Source: Eledone cirrhosa (taxonomy: Eukaryota). Taken from it: a stretch of DNA of 64,000 nucleotides. Made by a program: the position numbers and the translations under genes. The stretch spans positions 250,604,001 through 250,668,000 of the forward strand of contig OZ024742.1 in the NCBI GenBank assembly GCA_964016885.1, given 5' to 3'. Within the stretch, counting starts at the first letter, position 1. Each line of letters starts with the position of its first letter. This document shows positions 18,431 to 32,178 of this stretch, piece by piece. The notes under the pieces are model-generated. The model did not search any database. It saw nothing but the letters and a program-made list of their open reading frames with translations, and had not been told where the DNA came from.

Positions 18431-18659
18431 TATAATCTGGGGTTATTTGATATCAAAACGATCAAAACCAGTTCTGTTTTTATGGAACAAAACCCCCTAT
18501 TTTAAAGGGTTCCTATTTAAATATAAATCTCCCAAGGTAATTTTATATGAGAACCATATGTTAAGTTATTATCTCAGTAATGAAATAATAATTTTAGTAA
18601 ATCTTTCAAACACTTAATTAATTAATTAAAATAAAGGATATAGCCAAAGCCAAGAGAGC

Positions 18660-20060
18660 CCACAAAACTTGCAGGTCCAGCTCGACCTGCAGGATAAAGT
18701 GGCAGGTGCTGGCAGATAAGGAAGTCAGTAACAGATTTGTGGATACTATTACATTCAAATTCAGAGAACTGCCTGAACAAATTGAGGACTATGAAACGGA
18801 GTGGAGACTGTTCAGCTCGGCACTTTCTACTTCAGCTGTTTAATGTTGCGGGCGAAAAGAGGGCCACTTGTTCAATCAAAAAGGGTTATAGATGCCATCC
18901 AAACAAAGAAGTAAGCTTACAAAGAGTTGCAGCAAAGACACCAAAGGCGTTCAAAGTTAAGACATGGGGTAAGCTGGAACCCAATTTCAGATCGACAAAT
19001 AAAGTGTTCAGGCAGAGCATGCGTCTTCTTCCTCCACGTCTGGGGTTCTCCTCTCTTCAGAGAGGTGCAAGAATACTTCCTAAACCCGGTCACAACAGCG
19101 ACATCTGATGTACATGAGGTGCATTTGGGAGCGATGACAAACCTCACGGACGCTGATATCACAAGAGAAATTAAAAAGCTCATGTGTGGCAAGACAGCTG
19201 GGGAGGATGAAATTCGGCCCGCGGTTTTAAAAGCTTTAAATAGAGAAGGTATTCTCTAGCTGATTCGTATGTGCCCGGTGTTCTGCATCTCTGGAAAGGC
19301 ACCTAAGCAATCGAAATCGGTGGTGATAATCACAATTTTAAAAAAGTAAGGCAAGAGAAATTTCTCCGACTTGCACTTGATAGGTTTGCTGCCGAGCGCT
19401 GCACGAATGAAAATCGGTGCTGCAAAGACCGAGACACTCGTCCGTTCTAGGAAGCCTGAGCACTGCAGTCTACATGTGAGTGTAGTTCCACTGAAGCAGG
19501 TGGAAACGTTCAAGTATCTCCGCGTCGTGTGCACGAGTGGCGCAAGGCAGAAAGAATTGCAGGATCTAATGCGGTAATGCGCTAGCTTCACCATTCGGCC
19601 ATTAGAAGAAGGCAGGTAGGTGTAAAAGCCAAACCCGATGTCTTCAATTTGGTCATGAATCTTGGGTAATGACCGAAAGAATACGATCGCGAATACAAGC
19701 GGTCGAAATAGGGTTCCTCCGAAGGATCTTTGGCGTAACGTTATTTGATAAAGTAAGTACCTTGGAGATAGGGAGTCGCTCCAGGTAGAGCGGCTACTTC
19801 TTCGAATTGAGAGATCCCAGTTCCAATACTATGGGCATGCAGTTAGAATGTCTCAGAAAAAATCGCTGGACAGATTTTACGGGTAAAACCAATCGGGATA
19901 GGCAGGGAGCGAGATGGTTGGATAACATCCATGAGTTTGGCTGGTATTGTTTGGGGATCCAGCCGGATCAATTGGGGAGGGTTGTTTCTGACAGGATCCG
20001 CTGGAAAGTGTGCTTCACGTCTCTGCTCCCACGATCCTCCTAGGAATAAGTGAGCGAAGA
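18660..20060 (+). pseudogene. Degenerate RTE-clade (Expander/Rex3-like) LINE
   Basis: GKTAGEDEIRP..LKALN, LKQVETFKYL and GHESWVMTERIRSRIQAVE motifs with frameshifts and stops. Confidence 0.8.
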
Positions 20061-20294
20061 AGGGAAAAAATAGAGTATATTTCATTTGAAATATTGCCAA
20101 GAAAATGTTCTTACTACCATTTATACTCTCATTGACAGAGGCCTTATAGTGGTCACTCGATCAGCTTGAAATAATAGCCGAATCTCCCTCAAAGCGTATC
20201 TTACACGCTTTAAGAATGACACATTAGATGGTTATAGATGTTTTTATGGAGACTACAGACTTTTTACACCGTCTATATCTAGTAAAAGTAAGCG

Positions 20295-20540
20295 GACTAC
20301 TTGTTAGGATGTTGGGCTCAATATCCTAAGGTCATGGGTTCGATTGCCGGACCGCCTAATAGGTTGTTTTCTTGACCAAGTCACTTAATTGCATGTAGCT
20401 GCAGGTCACACAGCTGAAAATGAGTGCAAGCAGGAGCAATAGCTAGGGGTTGGGTTAACTATGCAATGGACTGGCCTTGTATCTTGAACTCGCTTAAAAG
20501 CCAATAAGACATGGATAAACTTCGGCCTGATCAGATTTTA
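20295..20540 (+). mobile_element. SINE family B, diverged
   Basis: GGTTCGATT B-box, CAGCTGAAAATGAGT and ATGGACTGGC blocks as in 54420-54688. Confidence 0.65.
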
Positions 20541-21066
20541 GCATTTAACCTAGTAATACAGGGTTGAAGCGAAATCACTTCGCACATATTGACCCACGAA
20601 TGACATCTGGCTGGTATTTCTCTTTATCTCAGTTAACGTCAGTAGTCTGGTAAAGTTAGCCAGCTTGAGGTGAAGTGAGATTTTCTTTGCCTCATTCGAC
20701 TCTGGTTCCTCGGGAGAGAAGCATCCATTTGACCTGCTCAAACAAGTTGCGAGATGTACCTCTTAGCAAAACGCTACGGCCCTGTTGACAAGGGCCAGAC
20801 AGCAATTCTTCCATCGGCACTTCAACCACACACAGAGAATTATCTGCCTCTTCATATAGACAACACAGCTCCCTTGCATTGCTAGCTTACTATTACCTAT
20901 GCTGGTATGTACATCCTGAAACGACTTGTCACTTTGTAATCGAACGTAGTATAATAAACACATATTCTTTTTCCTTTTGCTGAAGTGAAGTACAGTTCTA
21001 TAACCAACATTATTGTATTTATCGTGTTTATCATCCTCGTCAACAACAACCACTAACTTCGCTTCA

Positions 21067-21240
21067 GAGCTACCATAGCCCCCTCGCTAGGTCTGTATGT
21101 AGTAATTCAGGGCTACCATAGCCCCCTCATACAGTGTGTACCTAGTAATACAAAGCTACCATAGCTCCCTTTTATATAGTCTGTACCTAGTACTACGGGG
21201 CTTCCATAACTCCCACACACACACTATCTAGTAATACAAA
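21067..21240. repeat. About 42-bp minisatellite
   Basis: Same unit as 18170-18430. Confidence 0.8.
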
Positions 21241-21241
21241 G

Positions 21242-21353
<112 letters not shown>

Positions 21354-21929
21354 AAGTTAATGAGCGGGTATAAGTTTGTGTGTGTGTGTGTGTCCAAGTT
21401 AATGAGCGGGTATAAGTTTGTGTGTGTGTGTGTGTCCAAGTTACTGAGCGCGTGTGTATGTTTGTGTGTGTGTGTGTGTGTGTGTGTGAGTATGTTTGTG
21501 TGTGTCTGCCTGTGAGTTACGCGCGCCAACCACCAGCAGTATGTATGTATGTATGTTTGCACACGTGTTTATGTAGAAACGCGCCAGTATTTGCGCGCGT
21601 TCCAGCAGACGTGTGTACACTGGACTGCGCGCGTGTATCAGCGCGCGTGGTGTAACATGTATACGTATATATATATATAGTTGTCTGTATGCGATTGCAC
21701 ACTTTTCTTTGTGTGTTGGGATTTGCCGTCCCCTATGTGTGTATGTATAATGTGAGTGTTTTGTATATGAATATGTATATAAAGCCAACGTGAATGTGTG
21801 CACGTAACTGAAAGAACGTATGTATGTATGTATGTATGTATGTATGCATATGTAAGTAGCATCTATAGAGGGACAGGATATATAAACTAAGGGAGAAAGG
21901 AGGAGGAGAGTAGGATGTGTGTTTGTGTG

Positions 21930-22077
<148 letters not shown>

Positions 22078-22316
22078 GATGGCCGAACACAGGGAGGCAG
22101 TCAGGCTAGCTAACAGCACGGCAGAACAATTAGGAAGGAAGTTGTTGGGATGCTATCCACACGGCAGCCACCTTCTGTCACACTTCATTCAACCACTTCA
22201 GCAAGCAATCATAATTTCCATATCATAAACAACATAAATGGGATGGCGGAAGGCAGAGGAACATGTTCGATACATAGATAAATGGCTATATGTGTGTGCG
22301 CGCGCGTACGTATATA

Positions 22317-22351
<35 letters not shown>

Positions 22352-22550
22352 GAAAATATTCAAGACCCCGACGTCAGAGCGCAAGCCATTTCGACGGCTA
22401 TTTCTGGACTGAAATAGCCGTCGAAACGGCTTGAGCTCTGCCGTCGGGGGTCTTGTTGAACATTTTCCTATTACCAACTCTACTACCCTAAGTATTGAGT
22501 ACTCTGGTGCGTTCTGGTCCACCTGTTCCTTACCACACTTCCTTCGTTAT
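22352..22550 (+). mobile_element. Small terminal fold-back element
   Basis: Hairpin about 22361-22454 then ACTCTACTACCCTAAGTATTGAGTAC tail; between (TA)n tracts. Confidence 0.75.
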
Positions 22551-22565
22551 ATAAATATATATATA

Positions 22566-23483
22566 TCTGTATATATATATAAAATTAAGTATGTGTGTGT
22601 GTCTGTGTATTACCTATAGGGGCCTACATCTTACGACCGATTTTCATGAAACTTTACAGGCTCATAGATTAGTCATCGGGGAGTGTTTTCTATATATCAG
22701 CGTATAGTTTTTTTTATTCCGGGGTCATTCTGCAGATAATAAAAATCGAGGGGGGGGGGGGGGGGGGGGGGGGGGCACACCTTTTTTTAGGTATCGAAAA
22801 ATAAGATTTTGGGCTCTAGCTCCCACATTTTGCCACTGATTTCGTTCAAATTTTAAAGCAAAATAGAATTTATCATTGCACATCCTGTAATGGCTTTATA
22901 TTTTGCATTTGTTCTTCAGGAACGGCGTGGCAGCCCCTTAAATATTCAAAAATACCACTTTTAGACTCAAATTTCCACTTTTCGGCTCTAACTCCCACAT
23001 TAATCAACCTACTTTGTTCAAATGTTACACTACGGTAGATCTGATTATTTCACGTCTTAAAGTGGCTTTACATTTTGGATTTTTTGTTCAGGAACGGCGT
23101 GGCAGCCGCTTAAGTATTCGAAAATACCACCTTTTCGTTCAAATTTCCGCCTTTTCGGCTCTAGCTCCCACATTTTTCAACCGATTTCGTTCAAATTCGA
23201 AACTTCGGCTCCACCTCACACATAAATCAATTTATTTGGTTCAACTCTTATACTACGATAGAACCTATCATTGCACATCTTATAGTAGCTTTACACTTTG
23301 CATTTTTTGTTCAGGGACGGTGTGGCAGCCGTTTAACTCTTCAAAATATGAATACACATATTCCATACGATTTCACTCAACATTTCGTCATTTGCTACAC
23401 CTTACGACCGATTTTCAAGAAACTCGCCAGCTCAAAGCAGATATTATTTTACCTACCCAGGAAATGCTGGGTACTGCTGCTAG
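22566..23483 (+). mobile_element. Non-autonomous Helitron-like element
   Basis: 5' TC..TATATATAAAA..GTGTGTCTGT..CCGATTTTCATGAAACTT; 3' hairpin CCCAGGAAATGCTGGG followed by CTAG|T; about 180-bp internal subrepeats. Confidence 0.8.
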
Positions 23484-23489
23484 TATATA

Positions 23490-23690
23490 TATATTATAAT
23501 TGACTATAAAAGAAAAACGAACACAGATATATACATATATGTGTTCAAATCGATTTGAACACATATGTATATATCTGTGTTCGTTTTTCTTTTATATTCA
23601 ATTATAATATACGGCTCGGAAAAATCTCTTTCCCAGATCTATTTTATTGTAAGAGACTATTTTGAGTTTCTAACTCAATATATACCTTTG
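23490..23690. repeat. About 120-bp palindrome plus tail
   Basis: 23490-23611 self-complementary, centre AATCGATT. Confidence 0.8.
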
Positions 23691-23962
23691 ATATATATAT
23701 ATATATATATATATGTTGGGTCATCAAGTATGAAAATTGTAAATATTTATAGAAAAAAAAAAAAAAATTTCTACAAATTTCATACTTGACGACCCAACAT
23801 GTGTGTGTGTGTCTAATTCCATAACTTCGCGGCTCGACATAAACGTGAAGTAGCAGACATATATTTCTATGTATTTCCTTTCTATTTGTTTCTCAAATTA
23901 CTAAGCTGTCATGCACCGTTTCTATCTCTCTTCTCCTTCTCGGTTAATGCACTTTTGTAGGT

Positions 23963-23993
<31 letters not shown>

Positions 23994-24166
23994 CGACCTT
24001 ATATGTATAATTCGCCAAAAAGCACAACTCGTTCTGTGTCTAACTGTTTTGTTGCGTCCCGGTGTACACTGGAACGAATAGTATCAACCTTGATGTACTG
24101 AAAATTTTCCGTTCTTTCGTAATCGTTGTCCCATGCGCCCACCCCCTGTTTTAGGTAGGTAGGTAG

Positions 24167-24215
<49 letters not shown>

Positions 24216-24776
24216 ATAAAAACTATCAAAGCGCTGAGTAATTAAAAATTATTTAGAAAATGCAGGAATACCAAACGCAGAAAATTACTGCAATAGCATT
24301 TGAATGCCATAAATAATAGCTTAGAAAATCGAGTTAAATACCCCTATGGGTGGAAACAAGTGGTCAGTAGCCGCTACGCAAAATCGATATCCTGCCGAGT
24401 GCTCTAACCATTGTGCTCAGAGGTACAGGTATAACTAATTTTTGCCAGCTAAGGACGGGAGCAACGTGAAGTCGAATACACTAACCATTAAGCCACGCGC
24501 TTTCACAATTCTGTTTTTAACGATCAATTAAATGCATACCCTCTCGAGTGGGTAGGAGGGTCTCTCTTCTATTTTTGACCCCCCTTAACCTAGTGGGAGT
24601 TACGTTCTATGGAGAGACTCAAGTGATTACCGTTAGTGAAAATCAGCGCGTTCGGGCACTAGGGACAGAGTGATTTACACTGGTGAGCTTCGATTACGTT
24701 TCTAGGGTATTTCTACAGGTAGAATTCAATGTTTTCAGAATTTCTGTCACCCATGATTTGCTTGGTACTAAAGAAC

Positions 24777-24955
24777 AATTGTTTCTACTTTTGGCACAAG
24801 GCCAGCAATAACCCCCGTGCATTACTGGTACTTTATTTTATCGACCCCGTAAGGATGAAAGGCAAAGCTAACCTCGCCGGGATTTGAACTCAGAACATAA
24901 AGGGCCATAACTATGCTGCAAAGCATGGCGTCTGACTCTCTACCGATACTGCAAA
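24777..24955 (-). mobile_element. SINE family A
   Basis: Reverse complement of family A. Confidence 0.9.
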
Positions 24956-25494
24956 TATGGCCGTTTCTCAACACCGATTAATCGGTGCGCAAAGAAGAAA
25001 CCGATTATCTGATGATTAGTCGGAGCAGCCATAGTGTATATACACTATTTACAATGTATATCTACAATATTTACAGCGTATATTCGCAATACTCAGTGTA
25101 TAATAACAAAATCTAAAGTATATATGTGTTCGCAAGTAAATATCATAAATAGAATATTTACAATATTCCTAATATATAATTACAATATTTAGACTATATA
25201 TTTCCAACGTTTCGATCTTTTATCGTCATCATATATCGTCTTATCACGGAATAGACATGTGTGAGCCACATCACACTGTTTCATATATTCAAGGAGTTGC
25301 ACAGTATTTTTTCTGCAGTCATAATATTTAATCAAACTCCAACTTTGTCAGTGTGTGTGTGAAAACAAAATATCAATCAATACATAATGTGGAAGAAATT
25401 GTGAGTATATTAACAGTTTGGCTTATTTCTGCTTTCTGCAGTGGTTTCATAAATGTAAATATGTCTGACTCCTTTAGATGAAAGTCTCTCTCTC

Positions 25495-25720
25495 TCGTCA
25501 ACATGAATGGACCTATTATTTTTATCTAAAGACATTTTTTCCAATTCCATCCCGCTCGTCCCCTTAATCTATTTTATTTCTCATTCTTTCTTCTGATGAA
25601 GGACTGGCGTCCGAAACGTTAAGACCCTCTTCCTACTATATCAAGCGTTAACCTAATATATACCTTCCATATACTGTACCGATTGTGTTGTTAATTCTGT
25701 TTACCTTTTACATACATATA
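25495..25720 (+). mobile_element. PLE-derived terminal fragment
   Basis: Near-identical inverted copy of 3045-3270; ends in (TA)n. Confidence 0.75.
25589..25624 (+). ncRNA. Minimal type-I hammerhead ribozyme
   Basis: TCTT-CTGATGA-A GGAC TGGC GTCC-GAAA-CG-TT-AAGA; AACGTT palindromic stem III. Confidence 0.8.
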
Positions 25721-26390
25721 TATATATATATATATAGATAGATATATAAGGAAAAGAAATCGAAAATGCAACTGGAGTCTTTTTAAGAATATCTATTTGT
25801 TTCCTTTACCGGTTTCACAGTTCTTATGCTTTTCAAAAGTAGAATTGAGATGGAGGGTTTGTGGTTATAAATCAGGGTGGATTCAGTTAGAAACTGGTTA
25901 CACCATTACTAAACAGAGTACTCGATACTTGGAGTAGTATAGTATGATTACATTCTAAAGCCTCGGGACCCTAACGGCTGAGCTATTGCCGTTCCAACAG
26001 AGCTCAGGAAGAGTTCAGCCGTCGGGGTCCTGACTCTTTATAATTATATATATAATGTTATAATGTAAAACACGTGGTAAACTAGTATGTATCTTCCTAA
26101 GTACTCGGAATTTCCCAAACAAGCTAATATTATTGCTGTTTCGGGAAACTCCAAGTACCTAGGAAGATATATGCCAATTTGCTATGTTTTATATAATATT
26201 GATACATAGAGGGGTTTTTCTTTAGTGACTACAATCCCACAGTTAGGCAATATATATAAAGATATTGTTAGGTTTAAAAAGTATATTAATATAAAATATT
26301 AGTTAACTTACAGTAGCCGTTAACTAACATTTTATATTAATTGAAACATGGAGCAATGGGGTGGGAGAAGGGGACACTTAGAGATTAATG

Positions 26391-26458
<68 letters not shown>

Positions 26459-26664
26459 ATGACCGGGAGAGAACTGGTGTGTGTGTGTGTGTGTGTGTGT
26501 GATGTGCTGTGTTCGTTGTTTAGTGATGAAGATGAGAAATAACAATGTCGGGGTTTCTTTTGTGCTTAACGGGTGGATCCAGGGTGGAGTGGGGTGAGTT
26601 GTAGGCGGTTTTTCTTGCCGACACAGCCGTTGTGTGGGAATTCAACCTGGGTAAATGTGGTTCA

Positions 26665-26848
26665 AATAACAATAGCAACATCAATAACAACAGCAATAAC
26701 AACAACAACAACCACTCCCCCAGCAATAATAACAACAATACCAAGAGCCACAACAACAATACCAACAGCGACAACAATAGCAATAACAGTAACAATAACA
26801 ACGGCAGCATCAGCACCAACAACAACAACCACAGCAATAACAACCACT
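26665..26848. repeat. (AAC)n-type low-complexity repeat
   Basis: Direct inspection. Confidence 0.8.
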
Positions 26849-27319
26849 GTAGTCATTTCAGATAGGGGGAGCAGGCGGAGTAGAGTGTCGGATTGACTGG
26901 AAGGAAGGACCCCAAAATTGAATGGCTCTTACACACACACACACACACTCACACGTACACACACAAACACACATACACTGATACACACGCGCACTAAGTA
27001 GGGCCACGTGACTACCGGGCACCATCGCACACCGTGTTTTGGTGGAAGCTAGTTTGAATAGGAAGGAAGAGGAGGTGAGAGAGCGGGAGGGAAGGGTGAA
27101 ATTAAATGAAACGGCGGGAAACGAGATGGAGGGAGTGGGAGAAATGGCGGCATTGGCGGCGATGGAAAAAAGCGGGAACTGAAGTATAAACAGCGTGTTT
27201 TCTGGAGATTAAAGGAAAGAAGGGGAAGAAAGATAGGGAAAGCGTGAGAGACAGGGGGTGGGGGTAGGGGAGTGCAGGGCAGGTGGGAAATAAAAAAGGG
27301 AAAGGCGGGGACAAGAAAT

Positions 27320-27535
27320 ATGGCCGAGCCGTTAGAACGTTACATGGAATGAATGCTTTGCGGTATGTGTTCCAGCACTCTAGGCTCTGAGTTCAAATTC
27401 CACCGAGGTCAACTTTAACCGTTCATCATCCGCCCCTTAAAGTGATCGATAAAATAAAGTAGCAGTCAAGTACTGGCCAGGAAAAAGGTGTTCACATCAC
27501 AGCCTCGTTTCCAATAAAGTACCTGTCAAGTACTG
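27320..27535 (+). mobile_element. SINE, family A-related, diverged
   Basis: GAGTTCAAATTCCACCGAGGTCAACTTT...TCGATAAAATAAAGTAGCAG. Confidence 0.65.
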
Positions 27536-27711
27536 GGAAATTCGATTTTACTTCCCTCCCCACCCAGTTTTTTCAACCCCATCACCACCCGAGTTACAAT
27601 AACTTTTCTCTCACTCACTCTCTCCTTCACACATGTTATAGTCTATCTCTTCCTCTCACCATAACACAATTAATACCGTCTCTTTCTCTCTCCTTTACAC
27701 AACAGTCACCG

Positions 27712-29659
27712 AATACAGTCTCTCTCTCCATCACACACTCAATATAGTCTCTCTCTCCACCACATACTCAATACAGTCTCTCTCTCCATCACACACTCAA
27801 TACAGTCTCTCTCTCCATCACACACTCAATACATTCTCTCTCTCCATCACACACTCAATACAGTCTCTCTCGCCTTCACACAATCAATACAGTCTCTCTC
27901 TCCATTACACACTCAATGCAGTCTCTCTCTCCATCACACACTCAATACAGTCTCTCTCTCCATCACACACTCAATACAGTCTCTCTCGCCTTCACACAGA
28001 CAATACAGTCTCTCTCTCTATTACACAATCAATACAGTCTCTCTCTCCATCACACACTCAATATAGTCTCTCTCTCCATCACACAATCAATACAGTCTCT
28101 CTCTCCATCACACAATCAATACAGTCTCTCTCTCCATCACACACTCAATACAGTCTCTCTCTCTCCAGCACACACTCAATACACTCTCTCTCTCTCTCCA
28201 TTACACACTCAATACAGTCTCTCTCTCCATCACACACTCAATACAGTCTCTCTCCATCTCTCACTCAATACAGTCTCTCTCTCCATCACACAATCAATAC
28301 AGTCTCTCTCTCCATCACACACTCAATACAGTCTCTCTCGCCTTCACACACTCAATACAGTCTCTCTCTCCATCACACACTCAATACACTCTTTCTCTCT
28401 CCATTACACACTCAATACAGTCTCTCTCTCCATCTCTCACTCAATACAGTCTCTCTCTCCATCACACACTCAATACAGTCTCTCTCTCCATCACACACTC
28501 AATACAGTCTCTCTCGCCTTCACACACTCAATACAGTCTCTCTCGCCTTCACACACTCAATACAGTCTCTCTCTCCATCACACACTCAATACAGTCTCTC
28601 TCGCCTTCACACACTCAATACAGTCTCTCTCTCCATCACACACTCAATACAGTCTCTCTCGCCTTCACACACTCAATACAGTCTCTCTCTCCATCACACA
28701 CTCAATACAATCTCTCTCTCCATCACACACTCAATACAGTCTCTCTCTCCATCACACTCAATACAGTCTCTCTCGCCTTCACACACTCAATACAGTCTCT
28801 CTCTCCATCACACACTCAATACAGTCTCTCTCTCCATCACACACTCAATACAGTCTCTCTCTCCATCACACACTCAATACAGTCTCTCTCGCCTTCACAC
28901 ACTCAATACAGTCTCTCTCTCCATCACACACTCAATACAGTCTCTCTCTCCATCACACACTCAATACAGTCTCTCTCGCCTTCACACACTCAATATAGTC
29001 TCTCTCTCCATCACACACTCAATACAGTCTCTCTCTCCATCACACACTCAATACAGTCTCTCTCTCTCCATCACACACTCAATACAGTCTCTCTCTCTCC
29101 ATCACACACTCAATACAGTCTCTCTCGCCTTCACACACTCAATACAGTCTCTCTCTCCATCACACACTCAATACAGTCTCTCTCTCCATCACACAATCAA
29201 TACAGTCTCTCTCTCCATCACACACTCAATACAGTCTCTCTCTCGCCTTCACACACTCAATACAGTCTCTCTCGCCTTCACACACTCAATACAGTCTCTC
29301 TCTCCATCACACACTCAATACAGTCTCTCTCGCCTTCACACACTCAATACAGTCTCTCTCTCCATCACACACTCAATACAGTCTCTCTCTCCATCACACA
29401 CTCAATACAGTCTCTCTCGCCTTCACACACTCAATACAGTCTCTCTCTCCATCTCTCACTCAATACAGTCTCTCTCTCCATCACACACTCAATACAGTCT
29501 CTCTCTCCATCACACACTCAATACAGTCTCTCTCGCCTTCACACACTCAATACAGTCTCTCTCTCCATCACACAATCAATACAGTCTCTCTCTCTCACAA
29601 TGCGCTCTCTCTCTCACACACACAATACAGTCTCTGTCTCTCTCTCTCTCACAGACAAT

Positions 29660-29696
<37 letters not shown>

Positions 29697-30290
29697 GACA
29701 ATACAGTCTCTCTCTCTCTCTCACACAATACAGTCTCTCTCTCTCTCTCTCTCTCTCACACAATACAGTCTCTCTCTCTCACACACAATACAGTCTCTCT
29801 CTCTCTCTCTCTTTCTCGCACAATACAGTCTCTCTATCTCTCTCTCTCTTTCTCGCACAATACAGTCTCTCTCTCTCTCACAATACAGTCTCTCTCTCTC
29901 TCTCTCACAATACAGTCTCTCTCTCTCTCTCTCTCTTTCTCGCACAATACAGTCTCTCTCCCTCTCTCACAATACAGTCTCTCTCCCTCTCACACAATAC
30001 AGTCTCTCTCTCTCTCACAATACAGTCTCTCTCTCTCTTTCACACAATACAGTCTCTCTCTCTCACACACAATACAGTCTCTCTCTCTCTCTCTCACACA
30101 CACAATACAGTCTCTCTCTCTCTCTCACACAATACAGTCTCTCTCTCTTTCACACAATACAGTCTCTCTCTCTTTCACACAATACAGTCTCTCTCTCTCA
30201 CACACAATACAGTCTCCCTCTCACTCTCTCTCTCTCACACCATACAGACTCCCCCTCTCTCTCCCTCTCTCTCTCACACACAATACAGTC
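27712..30290. repeat. About 29-bp minisatellite (CAATACAGTCTCTCTCTCCATCACACACT) grading into a shorter variant after about 29590
   Basis: Tandem units with two alternating variants (CCATCAC and GCCTTCAC). Confidence 0.95.
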
Positions 30291-30774
30291 TCTTTCTCTC
30301 TCTCTCTTTCCTACTTGGTGTTTCTATCTGTCTCCCACACATATACACACACCCAGATACCGACACGTGCACACACCATCACCCCATACAAACATTGGCA
30401 CACACACACACTAATATCTACACACACACAAACGTACAGTCCCCCCCACACACCACAGTCCTTTCAACTCTCAGTTTCTCGTGTGTTACCCTGACAAATT
30501 CTACCCCAATAATTCCGTCTCCACCCCCACTCATAGCTATGCTTATTTCACCCTTTCCCTCTCTCTCAACTCTCTCTCTCTCACTCACTCATGAGTGTGT
30601 TGGTGTGCGTGTGTTTCTGTCTCTATGCGTATGGCTCTATATATGAATGTGTGTGTATGTGTCGGTGTGTATATATATATATATACATATATATATATAC
30701 ACACATATACACACATATATATATACATATATATATATACACACATATACACATACACATATATATACACACAC

Positions 30775-30823
<49 letters not shown>

Positions 30824-31514
30824 GACACATACACACACATTCATATATAGAGAGCCATACGCATAGAGACAGAAACACACGCACACATTTCCCGACATAG
30901 ACACACACTCATGAGTGAGTGAGAGAGAGAGGTAGAGATATATATACACACATATATATACGCATATACACGCATATACACATATATATATACATATACA
31001 TCTGCATGGTTATGCGTATGTCTCCATATGTTTGTGTATGTGTCTGTTCTACACATATATATGTGTGTGTGTGTGTGTTTATATATGTGTGGATGTGTAT
31101 GTGTCAGCGGTGGGAAAAGAAAACCTGCAACCCACGGCGCCAGGGAAGACTCGCAGCCGGTATCACGTGGGTAGGCAGGTGAGCTGCTTCCACCAACAAA
31201 CAACTACACACACACCGTACCACACAGACACGTGTGTGCCACCTCTGTATGTGAGTTCGCGCCTGACACTTGACAAACTGATTATCTTTGGAACAAATGA
31301 AATAAATATTTCCAGTTATATGAATAAAAAAGAACAAAAATCGCCACCGAATGTTAACTTTCCTATTAGGATGACCAGCTGTTATCCTAGACACAATTCA
31401 CTCCGCTTCCCCCTCCCATCGCACACAGACATACTCACACAAACGCTGGTATTTCTGGCGACAACATAACATTCGTATAAATATATGAGAATGATTGAAT
31501 ACATTTTTATCTTA

Positions 31515-31775
31515 AACTATTGCCAGGCTTCGCTGCTGGTCAGTCCGAAGAGGGCAAACTGTCGAAATATCGGTCGATCTCCGGTAGGTTTGTGGTCCAC
31601 CCTGCCACAGCGGGTACTTCCGACGTTCTTGGACCCGAAACCACATCCCTAATCACTGCTATTGGGATGGGGTTGGCTACCCACGAGTGCGAGACCCACG
31701 AGCTGGAGTGGCTGTTGCAGCGCACCTCCCTTGTCATCCAACGGGGCAAAGTCTTCTCCATTTTTTTCCCGGGGA
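31515..31775 (+). pseudogene. CRE-like non-LTR retrotransposon, 3' (RLE) fragment
   Basis: K.SKYR...GTSDVLGP...E.EWLLQR.SLVIQRG; paralogous to 62620-63200. Confidence 0.65.
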
Positions 31776-32039
31776 CCACGTGGTGGACTAACCCTTAAAT
31801 AGTGAGATGTTAAACAAACAGAAACTGTATATAAAGTTATTGGTAAGGAGGGGAAAGTCGATTAAATCAATTCTAGTACTTGACTGGTACTTTATTTTAC
31901 CGGCCTCCGAAGGATGAAAGACAAAGTTGACCTCGGTGGGAATTAAATTGAGAATAAATATTGCTGATCATTTCTCCGATGATCTACCGCTTAGCAACTA
32001 TAGTTCTCAGCTCTAACTCAGCTTTCGTGAAAACCTAAT

Positions 32040-32178
32040 AATGGTTTCTACTGTTGGCACAAGGCCAGCAATTACCCAAATGCATTACTGGTGCCTTATT
32101 TTATCGACCCCGTAAGGATGAAAGGCAAAGTTAACCATGGCGGGATTTGAACTCAGACCGTAAAGGGACGTAACTATG
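32040..32178 (-). mobile_element. SINE family A, 5'-truncated (a diverged copy lies at about 31850-31990)
   Basis: Reverse complement of core and tail. Confidence 0.85.

Noticed and set aside
27916-30646. 360-aa and 348-aa S/L/H/T ORFs
   Set aside because: 29-bp minisatellite translation
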